From Gnetum montanum (lineage: Eukaryota; Plantae; Gnetophyta), in contig MNCI01000449.1 of assembly GCA_015680685.1 (NCBI GenBank), positions 119,577-169,227 of the forward strand: a DNA stretch of 49,651 bases, given 5' to 3'. The notes beneath the pieces were generated by a model. That model ran no database searches. It was not told the DNA's origin and was given only the letters and a program-made list of their open reading frames with translations. Position 1 is the stretch's first letter. Each line of letters opens with the position of its first letter. Positions 26,601 through 38,600 of this stretch are shown here, piece by piece. A program made the translations under genes and the position numbers.

Positions 26601-29600
26601 GATCTTCCAAGCATAAAACCAAAATAATTATAAGAAACTATTTATTCTTGCCTACCCTTTTTTAACTTCATCGTTTGACTCATAAGCTTGATTCCTCTAT
26701 AGTTTTCACAGTTTTGAATATCTTCCTTCTTGTGGATGTATACTATAATGCTCCTCATCCAATCATCTAACATTTTCCCCTCATCTCAGATTTTGTTGAA
26801 TAGATTTGTTAACTAAGTGATCCCTATATCTCCTGTAGACTTCCATTCCTCTATAGGAGTACCATCCAACCCTATGGCATTACCATTCATCTTTCTTTAC
26901 TTCAAAGGCTAATATATAGATGGCCATTCCTACACTTGATTCAGTGTAATCACCTTCATCTCTAGAAAATTCTTTATTAAGTAGCCATTGAAAATAGATC
27001 CTCGATCTGTCCAAAATTTCCTTGTTTATAAATAAAATCCTGTCATTGTCCGACTTGATGCATTTAATAAGGTTAACCTCTTTACACCTCTTGTTTTGAG
27101 TCTTGGCTAACTTGTAAATCAATTTCAACACCCTCTTTAGCTCCTAACGTCTTGTAAAAAGGTATCAAAAGAGCTAAGTTCAACCTTGCTCGCTGTCTTC
27201 TTTGGCACATTCTTTGCAATCTTGTATCCTTCAAAGACATCCATCTCCTCCTTTGTTACCACTACTTGAAACACTTCATTTCTTTTTATCTTGAACTTTC
27301 TATTGCACTTCTTCACTCCCATCACTATGTTTCCTTTTGAATGTGCTTATTCCCTTTAGATACATCAAAGATTTCCTCCCCCATTCTCTCCATCCAGCTT
27401 TTCATCTGATTGTCACATTGTAGTTCAAATTCCAAGGTCCTTCAACAAGCAATCTATCCTTAAATCTTCTGCCAGTGTAAAGCAAGCAAAGGAATAACCA
27501 TATCTAGGAATTGCATAATATGGTTGCTGGATCTCTGAAAGTTCTTCAAAATTTTGGGACAGGCTCATAGTTTCACATTCTTTGATGCATCAATGTGAAA
27601 ATAAAACATGAAATAAATGTACTTAACAGCGTATCTGTCAAAGACTCAACAAATACATTAACATTTTAACCATCCAGAAATTGCCTCACACTCTAATATA
27701 TTGATCATTTTCATCTCTATATGTCATATTATGTTTGAGTTGATAGATAAACATACTGTTTTTATTGATACTGAAGATTTTACAGCAAATACATTTTATT
27801 TGATGTTATAATTATTTTTTTAAAAATTATAACCTGGACCTGCTGCCCCTATTGGTGGGAGACCTTGACCTCGCAGATGCCAAATTTTACAAACATTGGA
27901 GGGGTGACTCCACCACGTTCTGTGGGGTTCACATTAACCTCACGAAGTCTGCCATCGTTGGGTATATGGGGCTACATGCAGCTGGGGAGGTTGCGTTGCT
28001 GACTAGGTGGGGGCTACAAGATGCCAATGGGTTCTTTTAGGAGCCAATGCCAAAGATTGGCAACGAGCAGGTGCCAAAATCAACCTTGCTGCGGCTTTGG
28101 CAGGAGGTGACTAACCTCATGCAAAAGTATTTCGTATAGTCTGGTAATGCCTGGAAGCTGTAGGAAGCACACTTCACCTTTCTACAACGCACACGGCTGG
28201 AGCACCAAGTAAATCTTCCAAAATTTTTCTTAGCTTCCCTCAGGCAGGAATGATGGAGGAGACACTCTAGCCTCATCTTGGCCCTTTGGAAGGCTGCACA
28301 ACTATTAATGCCGCCTCCAATGAGGCCCTCCCCTTTTATAACTATGTATGCATGGTGGCAGCCCACCCTTGAGGAGCTTCCTCCTCCTCTATGCCAACAA
28401 TGCAAGAGGTTGCGATGAGGGTGGGGGATGGATCTAAATGGCAAGAGTCTATAACCGACCAGCCACCGAGTTTTCAGGAACAACTTCTACAGGCTCAAGA
28501 AATTATCCATAGGGAGTTGTAAGTGAAGTAAGAGGAGGATCTCTCTAGGGCAACCATTGAGGTGGAGTCCATAGTGTGTGGTGAGGAGCACACCAAGTGG
28601 CAGCCACCGAGTTTTCAGGAACAACTTCTACAGGCTCAAGAAATTATCCATAGGGAGTTGTAAGTGAAGTAAGAGGAGGATCTCTCTAGGGCAACCATTG
28701 AGGTGGAGTCCATAGTGTGTGGTGAGGAGCACACCAAGTGGCAAGCAAAGCTACTCAAGCAGGAGTAGGAAGACTAGGCCAGGGCCACATAGGACAAACA
28801 ACACCAGAAAGAAGCGGTGAAAGAGGAAAGGCGCCAAAGAGATCTAAGAGAGGCAACTTTTATGAACAACTTGGAAGAACAACCACATGCTCAAATCAAG
28901 GAAAACCTACTTAGGGAGGAGTAGAAACGCAAACCACATGAAGAAAATACGCAAGAGCAACAAATCCATGGTCCGCTTCAGAAGCAGCAAATGCAAAGTA
29001 GCCAAGATGTTACACATGGGTCCAACGTGTGTCGTTGGCTCAAAATGGAAAGATGCCCATAAATTATTGTGTATCAACCGAAATGCTACCTAAACAACCT
29101 TAAGAAAATTCATTCACATTACTACTAGCAGGCTTCATCCTATTAGGGCTAAAACCCTAGTGCCTAAGGAGCGATAACGAAGAGAAGACCAGTACAAAGA
29201 ATTTCAGGAGGTTGTGGCTTTCATGACCTTTGAGCACCACAAGGCCATTCTTGACACCATCCATGCTCAGGAAAGGGCTTGTTGCCCATGTACTAGGCTA
29301 CCACCGCCTATTTGATGGTCCTAATGTTTGTTTAGTTCCATGTTGGGGGCATGGAGCGGGTTTTGCATCCAAGGCTGGTGGTTTTGGGGGCATGGTGCCT
29401 TGATGTTTTAAAGTTGATTGGTGTTTGCAGGGAGCTATTTTCCTTCACTCCTTTCCTTTTTCCTTTTTTGCTTTCTTTGCCCATCGGTCAATTACAAAGC
29501 ATACCGATATGCTACCAAACAAATTTTTATAATGGTGACAAGGTATGCTTCTTCGTGCTTATGTTTAGAAGATCAACAAAAGTTGAATAAAAATATTTTG

Positions 29601-32600
29601 TGCATGTCTTATCCACTAAGCATTTAAGCACTAAAGATACATCCAATGACAAGCAACGTTATTTTCAAATTAAGCTTTAGTTGTCTCTTGATTCAAATTT
29701 TAAAGTAAAAAATATGAGAGAAAGTGTAGAAGGACTACCCAATGCCCTTGTGGAACATCCCTTCCACAAACATGAAAATTTTGGAATACATCATTCAATG
29801 AGATTTGCTCCTGCTTAGGCTCAACAGACATTGATGATGGCCAAATTTCGTCAAAGTCTACTAGGATATCGACACTTCCCCTTCGACATCTAGAAGGTTA
29901 ACAGGTTAACTAGTATCAAAATAGAAAAGAAAATCATGTATTATCAAATAAGAAATCAAGAAATACCTTTTAGAAGGGTGATGAACTGCCAAACCTTGCA
30001 AAAAATGTATCAATGCAGCTCGAGAATCCATATCAATCATCTGTTTCAAACATCACTTGTCATTATAATGTAATCATATATAATAGTTCGTTAAGAGTGC
30101 GTACTACTATTTCTGACTAGAAAACATTTTTCAGCAAAGGGACTAAAAAAAAAAAGGAAAACTGTCCACCTTTGCTGGAAAGAGGTCAAAGATACTTCCT
30201 GTAGCTTCTTCAATATCATAAATGGCTCGAGCAATCTGCTCTGACACAACAGTAATTAAGATCATTAAGAGTCAAATTGTAAACATAAGAATTGAAAATC
30301 TGAAATACATAATTAAAACTACATGCAAGATGCATGTCCTTTGAACATAGTAATAACTAAAACAAGAAGAAAATATTAGCTCACTAAACCCGGCCAAAAA
30401 GAATAATCTTAATGATCAGATTATTTTCACTAACACAGAAGCGCATGCATTTTTGAGTTTAAAAAGAGGATTTCAAAAGATTATTGTACTTCTGACGGGA
30501 CAGACCCAGGAAGTAAGTATAATTCCAAAAAAACTTTTACATATATAAAGACCTAATGTTCTAAAAAATATTGTAGAAGCTAACACTTTAGATCATGCAA
30601 AATTAAACATAATAAAACACTGTTTTAGACATTTCATGTATGAAAACACAGTGCTGCAAAATTAAAATTCTCTATAGAAACATTACCAAAGGCAAAATTA
30701 AAATTTGTGTAGTAAATTATATGAATGAGACCGTAAAATCTGATAAAATGAATGAATAGGTTTACCGTTGGTCAAGTTTCTGGTAAGTTCATCCCTGTTT
30801 CAGTGGTCCAGTGGCTTATATTGGTTCTTTCCTGGCAGGGGCTTGCTCCCCCTGCTCATTTGCTGCAACCCTCAAAAGTAGTGTAGAAGTGGTCCCAATT
30901 TCTCCAGGGAGTCTTTTGAATCTTGAACTAAGGGACATGAATTGCAGTTGCATGTCCCATCCAGGGTTTTTAACAGGTAGTTTCTCATATCAAACCCCCA
31001 CATTAAAAATCCTATTGGTATGCGTAAGTTTATATTGCAACAGCATATGATAGTGTCTCCAAGAGTAGTATATTGAACTACCATCAAACCCTTGACATTT
31101 AAAACTAGTTTACCTCTTTTATCAGATTCATCTAACACTGCACTGCTTTTGCAGTGAATATTAAATCATCTAAGAAGGAGTTTCTTTATACCTTTAGGGG
31201 TTTGCGCTAGATACATGGTTGGATATGCACTTAATGGTAAAAGTGTTTCAAACAAGTGTCAATTCTCCATTACCTCTTAAAGATTTTCTGAGGATATTGT
31301 GATCCATTTGATGCATGGGAAAAAGAGGCTTAGAAACTGCATGAAATTCTACAAGATTTTTCTCTACAGCCTCAAGTTCACAGATGGAGTGGATCAAGAC
31401 CTTGATCATAAATTTGCATTATAGTAAGCAGTTGTCAAACTAACAATTGAATGAAGATTTTTTTGGAATAGATAGCAATGCCAATATTATCATCTGCTAG
31501 ACTTTCTAGACGCTTCTAGGCAATTGGAGAATAACCCAAGTTTAATAAAATCTTGGATTAGCTCGTAAACACATGTATAAATTGACCTGAATGGTAATGG
31601 AATTAATTGTCTGAGCATTTGCACCAGTTTGGTAAGGGCTTAGGACTTACATTATAAATTGGCATGAACAGTAATGGGATTAATTATAGTTTCGGATGTG
31701 TAGTTGGTTTTGTTTTCATTGCCCTGATCTGGTGTGCTAATATTTGTTTCTGATTGTAGAATCTGTTACTGTTAATATGTCATAACAATGCATAACAATG
31801 GCATCAGAGCTTGTAAAATTGAATAACAAATTAGATGCAGCCTAACAGCATTATTGGAGCTTGTGTGATTCAACATTGGCAAGGAAGCTATAGGCACTGG
31901 TGCAAAGAAGAAAAATGCTAATCACAGATTTGGTAACTGATTTGTCAGATTTGAGCTAATGTAGGTGTCTTGGTGATATGCAAGGGTTTGCTGCAGATAA
32001 GGGTTTTGCACCAATAAACAAGAAGCTTGTGTGCAGTGCCAAGGTGAGATATGACTGAGATAGGCACGTCAGGCATGGTGGCGACATTAATGATATGCAG
32101 GATCTCCAAATCTAGTGAGCAAAGTTTTTGGAAAGCAGAGTATTTCAACAATAAAAGTAACATAGTTTCAAGGGTTTTGGCAGCATTGAATGCATTATTA
32201 TATTATGGTTGGCAATAGAAAGGTTTTCATTATGGCTGGATTTGTCACAAACTTGGTCATTAGTGATGGCAGCGTGGCAAGAACTGCAGAAGTTTTGCAA
32301 CATGATGGTGAAGTTAGTGATGTTGCATGTGTATGCAGTGATTGCATAAGTCGCGATTAAGTGCCCGATTAGGCGTTTGATCGCAATTGCAAGAAAAGAC
32401 CGCACCAATTTAGAGCAGCCACAATTTTTGCAATGACTATGCAACTAAGGCACCCAGTCTTTATCCTACGACAAAGTCGCCTTAGACTTTACAACATGGC
32501 GCATGAGTTTTAATGGATGTAACTGCCTGATATGGAAGACATGCATGAATTTTAATGAATATAATTGCCACTATGAAAAGTGTGCAGTTATGATATGAGT

Positions 32601-35600
32601 TCAACAACAACATATTTAGTGTTTTGAATGGTCCTTCACCAGTGCAAGGACTGCAGTGATTAAAATAGAAATTGGAGTTTTCAAAAGTCTTTGAATAGTC
32701 AACAAAGTATGATTTTTGTGGAAGAACAATATAGTGAGTGACAATAGGCAATAATCTCTTGACTCAGAGGGTAGAGAGTATCCAACAAAGCTAAATTGTA
32801 ACCCACTCACCTTCTCATCCATCCATCACTATTCTTCTCTAACTTTATTTAAAATAAAACACATTTTAAAAATTTAGAATATAAATTTTTAGAATATATT
32901 TTATTTTAAATAAAATTATGAAACAAAAGCTATGAGTGTACAATGAAATGAAATAGAGTGTCCAATGTAGAAGTTGGGAAAAAAATGAATGGTACCTCAC
33001 TATATCTGGAACTAAATAGTGTGCATGAAATTATATTGGAAAAACAAATGCATTGTCTATTCTTCTTCATAACAAAAAACATATAGCATATATTAAAATA
33101 TGAAGTCTAGTTTTGACAAGCAACTTGGTTTAAACCAACAATTATGCTATGAAGATATGGTTCAGAATTCTAAAGGATTTACAAAGACCTTTAAAGACCT
33201 AGTGTAACGTAATGTTTGAATTATTAAGCCTTTATTTTTCTTTAATATAATGGATTTTAGAGTATTGTGAAAGTAAAATTATAACAAAAAATCTTTGTTA
33301 AAGAGCTTGCTAAGAGATTTTCCTCCACTAAGACTCCAAATATCACATATGATATGTTAAGCCTTAGTCTTGCTTTTTTCTCACTGCTTGTTTTTTCACT
33401 TCTCACAACAATGTTAACTGAAGCTTGGAAGTAGATTCCATCTTTTAGTGTTGCTTGACACTGCACCATTAATTCCAATTCATGCTTTTCAGTTATGATT
33501 TGTACTGCATGTCCATGGAATGCAATCAAATCCTTTTATTAACATTATGTAGGTAAAGCAAAGAAAGACTTATGTAGTAAAAGCAAAGGAAGACTTCTTA
33601 TTAGAGTGGAGTTTTGTTTAACCTGACTTGTATTTTAATCAAGTTATATACTTTCAGTTTTCAGTTACATGAATCTGAATTTTTGTATATTTAACTACAT
33701 TTGTAATTATTTTAAATTTTTTAAGTCTGACTCTTTGACCAACTATTTGACCGATTATTTGACAACTAGCCGACTTCGACTCCTTTCTGAAGATGCCGAC
33801 TACAACCTGAATCCAACAACTTAAACACTATGTGTATGTAGCATGGCCACAGTTGCAAAAGTCTCACATAGAGATAGGAGCACAGATGCTGAAAGAGAAG
33901 AGTATGTCTAGAAGCAATGTTGGTTTCTCTTGCAAGTTTGCTCATGTTTTGCAGGACAAATTGTTCTTGCAAGGTTCACTACTTCACTAATCTTTTTGCA
34001 AGATAAGTTTCTCTTGTATGTTTATTGCTATTTTGCAAGATAGTTGTTTATAACTATTGCAAGGTTGTAATGTTTGGAAGTTGTTCTTGGGGATTTGTCA
34101 TTTTTGCAAGAACAATTTGTCCTGCAAAACATGACCATGTTGTTTCATAAGATTAGTTTTTCTTGTGGGAATGGATTATCTTTGCATATCCATTGCCAAA
34201 ATGTATTATTGTGCATGTATATCTCAAACATGACATGAAATTGAATAGTGCACATTTTGATATGGAATTTGAGTTAAGAAGTTGTATTCCCAAGTTTATT
34301 CATCATGTTGACATTAAAGAGGGTGACTATTGGAATAGATAGCAATGTCAATATTATTAGCCACTAGAACTTATAGAAATTTCTAGGCGATTGGAGAATA
34401 GTCCAAGTTCAATGAGACCTTGTGTTAGCTTGTAAGCAATTATATGTATAAATTAAAATGAAGGAAGCTTGTAAGCAATTATATGTATAAATTAAAATGA
34501 AGGAAGATGAAATGATTGCCTACGCATTTGCCCTAATTTGATAGAGGCTCAGTACTTACTTTCAATTTATCACTTTTCATTATGGATTCAGCTGTGGTTG
34601 TTTTTGTTGGCATTACACTAAGCCATTGTGCTAATATTTGTTTCCAATCATAAAATCTGAATTGTTGATGACCCTGACAGATTTAAACCCAATTCAGCAA
34701 GTATCACGATACATTTTTGCATATGCTCAAAGTTCAATAGAATTTTGATCATGGAGAATAGTAGCCTTGTTCCAACCGTGAGGCAAAGCAAGTTGAGAGA
34801 AAATCTAGAAACAAATATTAAGATTACAACTTATAATGTATTCCTGAGCCACAAGGTTAATGGAAGGCAACATAGAGCATGTCCAACTTGGGCTTTGCAA
34901 AGACTGCAAAACCTAGATGCTCATGTTATTTGGTTACAAGAAGTTCTATCCTAAGAATTTCTTTACCAATTTAAGCCAGATCTTACACAATTGGGTTGCA
35001 AATGCATTTACAAGTATAAGAGGCCTTGTAAATGATCGAAACAAACTAGCTTACTGTAGAAACAAGAATAGAAATCATAACATGAATGGTTGTGCAATTT
35101 TCTAAAGAGAAACCATGTTCAGGTTGGTACAAAGATTTGAATAGAAATTAAAAGATGTGGCATTAACATGGATGTTGGTGGTACAATTATCGGGAAAATG
35201 TATATGCATGCCTACAGCCCATGTCATTATACATCTAACATGTTCGGATGTTAGAATCCGCCATGCATCTTACTTGGTAATCAAACTAAGTACAATTTGA
35301 AGGATAAATTGTTTGTATCATTGTAGATCTAACATGTTCAAATGTTAGAATCTTCCAAGCATCTTACTTGGTAAATCAAATAGAGTACAATTTCAAGAAT
35401 AAACTATTTATATCCTATACTGGCCACAGTTCCACTCATTCTTCGTGGAGATTTCAATGGCAAAGCTAAAATTACTGTACATCAATTGTTGAAGTATGAT
35501 CATGTTAAAGAGCATCTAGACAAGAAGCCAGATTTGAAGAATGCTTTGCGATCAATTCAGCATACAATACCTTTGGGTAGTACATATGTAGCTTATTTTG

Positions 35601-38600
35601 ATCTATATGTCGACAAGGCCAATCTCCAAATTCAATGATAAATAATGCTAAAGGATTGTGTTCATCAAGAACCCAGTTTACCAAATCCAATTGTGTTGCC
35701 AAAATTGTTGATGATGGAATAACTTCTTTCTTTGGAGAGCCTTGGATTATATGGGGCGGGGGGCGCAAGGGATGTGGTTGTTGCCGCAGGAAGCAACACC
35801 CGCGGTCTGAAACAACACCCCCCCTAGGGGTTCGTCAACAGCCAATGGCAGGCGCAGTGTGGGCACTCCATCTCATGAGGGAGGTCCAACGTGTTTCGGT
35901 GGTCCTCTGTGTCCACAAAATTGGCGGCCTGCTGGATACCTTGCATGGCCGACTCCTGCCTATTCTGATCAAACGGTGAAGTTCCCCCATCAGGATGGAA
36001 ACGTGCCAAGGTCCGGCGGATGTGGCACCTGAGCTCACCCTAGGAGCTATCACAACTGATGCCTAGGATGAGGTATGGGCACCGCCCCCCTCTAAGTCAT
36101 TGCTGAGCACTGTGCTCGTGTGCCCGATCAAGCTGTCGCTATTGTTGCTCCTCTTCCTCCTGCATGCGTTCCTGTTCCGCCTGCCCCGCCTCTTCATGTT
36201 CCCTTTGGGCAGCTTCCTCCTGTAGCAGTTCTTCTAGCACTTGGGCCCGGATTTCATCCACTAACCAGGCCCGGGCAGCGTTGGCCATGAGGTCTTGCTG
36301 CCTCACCCTCTCTTGCTCCCATTCGTAAAACTGGGCCTCCAAGTTGGCCCGGGCCTGTGCAAGGGCTTCGTGTTATTTGGCCTCCCATTCTTGTCGTTCA
36401 GCCTCACACACTTCGATTGCGTCCCTTTGTGTGGCCTGCCACAGTTCCTCGTTCCAATTTATGCTATGTCCGGAGGTTTCCGGCAGGGGTATTCCGGTGT
36501 GGCGAGGCTGGAAGGGGGGCACCGGTCCCACTAGGTCCACCACTTCCACGTGAAGGTTGTTGCCAGTAGGGTCCAACAGTTGCCCTGGCTAGTCGAAGTC
36601 ATAGAGCCAGGGGGCCAGCAAGAGGGGCCCCCCGCTGGGGGGCACCGTGGGACGACAACAGGTTTTGCCTCCCTTCTGCCCCCGCCACAAGGCTAAGATT
36701 AACCCCGAATGGGGGCCACATCATTTAAGTTGAAGGGCCGCCAGGAAAAAACGGGGAAGGTTAACCTGGTAGCCAAATTTCAGGCAACACAGAAATGCAA
36801 AGTGTATGCCCTGGAGTTTGGAGCCGTTGCCAGATTGGACAAAAAGTCTGTCCACCAAATCTACCGCATAGGCCCAGAGACGGGGTAGAGAGGATCTGGG
36901 CACTTGTCAGCTTTGTGTACGTGGCACGGGCCCTTCAAAAAATAATTTCGTGTCTTGCAAACTGCATGTGGAAGGTAGGATGACCTCTTCGACGACCTAG
37001 GCCCCAAGACAACTGGCAATTGAGGATTCCGTGAAGGTAACCTCGCACCCTCAGAAATAGGTTCGGCCATTGCACCCGTTAGCGAAGAACGCGTCGTTAG
37101 CCATATCTGGGTCCCTAACCAGCCGCTATAGGGGGTCACACCAGCCACACTGCGTCACCATCTGCCAAAGCTCCTCGTCCTCATGACCCCCATCGCCGCC
37201 TCGATTTCTTTCCACGTGCAGAGAGCTTGGAAAACTAGCAGCAAGGGGGCAACCTGTCCTGGTGAAAAATAGTGTGGTTTCTTGCTTTCCATGCTACCCA
37301 TAAAAGTAGCGTGGCCCAAGAATCGCCGATGAGGCACATCGGGGGGGTCACCCCCNNNNNNNNNNNNNNNNNNNNNNNNNNNNNNNNNNNNNNNNNNNNN
37401 NNNNNNNNNNNNNNNNNNNNNNNNNNNNNNNNNNNNNNNNNNNNNNNNNNNNNNNNNNNNNNNNNNNNNNNNNNNNNNNNNNNNNNNNNNNNNNNNNNNN
37501 NNNNNNNNNNNNNNNNNNNNNNNNNNNNNNNNNNNNNNNNNNNNNNNNNNNNNNNNNNNNNNNNNNNNNNNNNNNNNNNNNNNNNNNNNNNNNNNNNNNN
37601 NNNNNNNNNNNNNNNNNNNNNNNNNNNNNNNNNNNNNNNNNNNNNNNNNNNNNNNNNNNNNNNNNNNNNNNNNNNNNNNNNNNNNNNNNNNNNNNNNNNN
37701 NNNNNNNNNNNNNNNNNNNNNNNNNNNNNNNNNNNNNNNNNGCATGTTGATCCGGTTAATGATGGCATTTGGGGGGGTGGCTACGGCCGCCACGAACCGG
37801 GTAACCACCTTGAGGATCCCCGTTGCCACAAGCAATCGCCTTTTTCGAGTCAAGAAAAGATTTGCCTAGTGGCCCATCTTTCTTTCAACTTTCTCCATCA
37901 GCAGCCCCCACGACATGCTCCACCCCCATTGGTAGAGTGGGATGCCCAGGTATGTGTCTTTGCCCATTCCGGACAGGATATTCAGGACTTGCACCACCCG
38001 ATTTTTAACTTGTTCATCCACATTAACAAAATGAGCTGAAGACTTAGCTCTATTAATCTCCAGCCCCAACTCAACTGCCAGTCGGGATAGAGCGATGTTG
38101 ATGCATCGTGCTTGTGGGACCCCCGCCCGATTGAACAGCATTGTGTCATCCGCATAGTGTTCAGCCCAACATGCCACCCCTGCAATGTCCAAGCCGTCTA
38201 CCCCTGATGTGCTACAATAGTTTTGCATTAGATCCATAGTGATGATGAAAAGCAGGGGCGAAAGTGGGTCCCCCTGTCGTAGCCCCCTCCTTGGTGAGGA
38301 GAGACCCCACAACCGCCCCCCCACGTCAAAAGAGAAACTGGCAGATGACTGCATGTGAGTGCAAAGCTGGATGAACCATTGGTCAAAGCCTTTCTGTTGC
38401 ATAATGGACGTCAGGGCTTCCTAGCTGAGCATGTCGTATGCCTTGGTAATATCGAGTTTGAGACAAAGCCCAGGGAAACCCGTAGTTCGAAGTGAGTGGA
38501 GCACCTCCTACATGAAGAGAACCTGATCCTGGAGGGTTCGGCCCTGCACGAAGCCTGCTTGGTTAATTCCCACAAGTTTGGGCATAAGTGGCACAAGCCT

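Noticed and set aside
35884-36081. J-domain as a nested host DnaJ gene or one-off 3' transduction
   Set aside because: It is intronless, in frame with a domain shared by three diverged LINE copies, and a second diverged J-domain sits at the same position in copy B. Ancient capture from a host gene remains possible.
37155-38039. Long ORFs of 177-255 aa in the ORF track
   Set aside because: Their length comes from reading through the N gap at 37356-37741; the real content is LINE ORF2.
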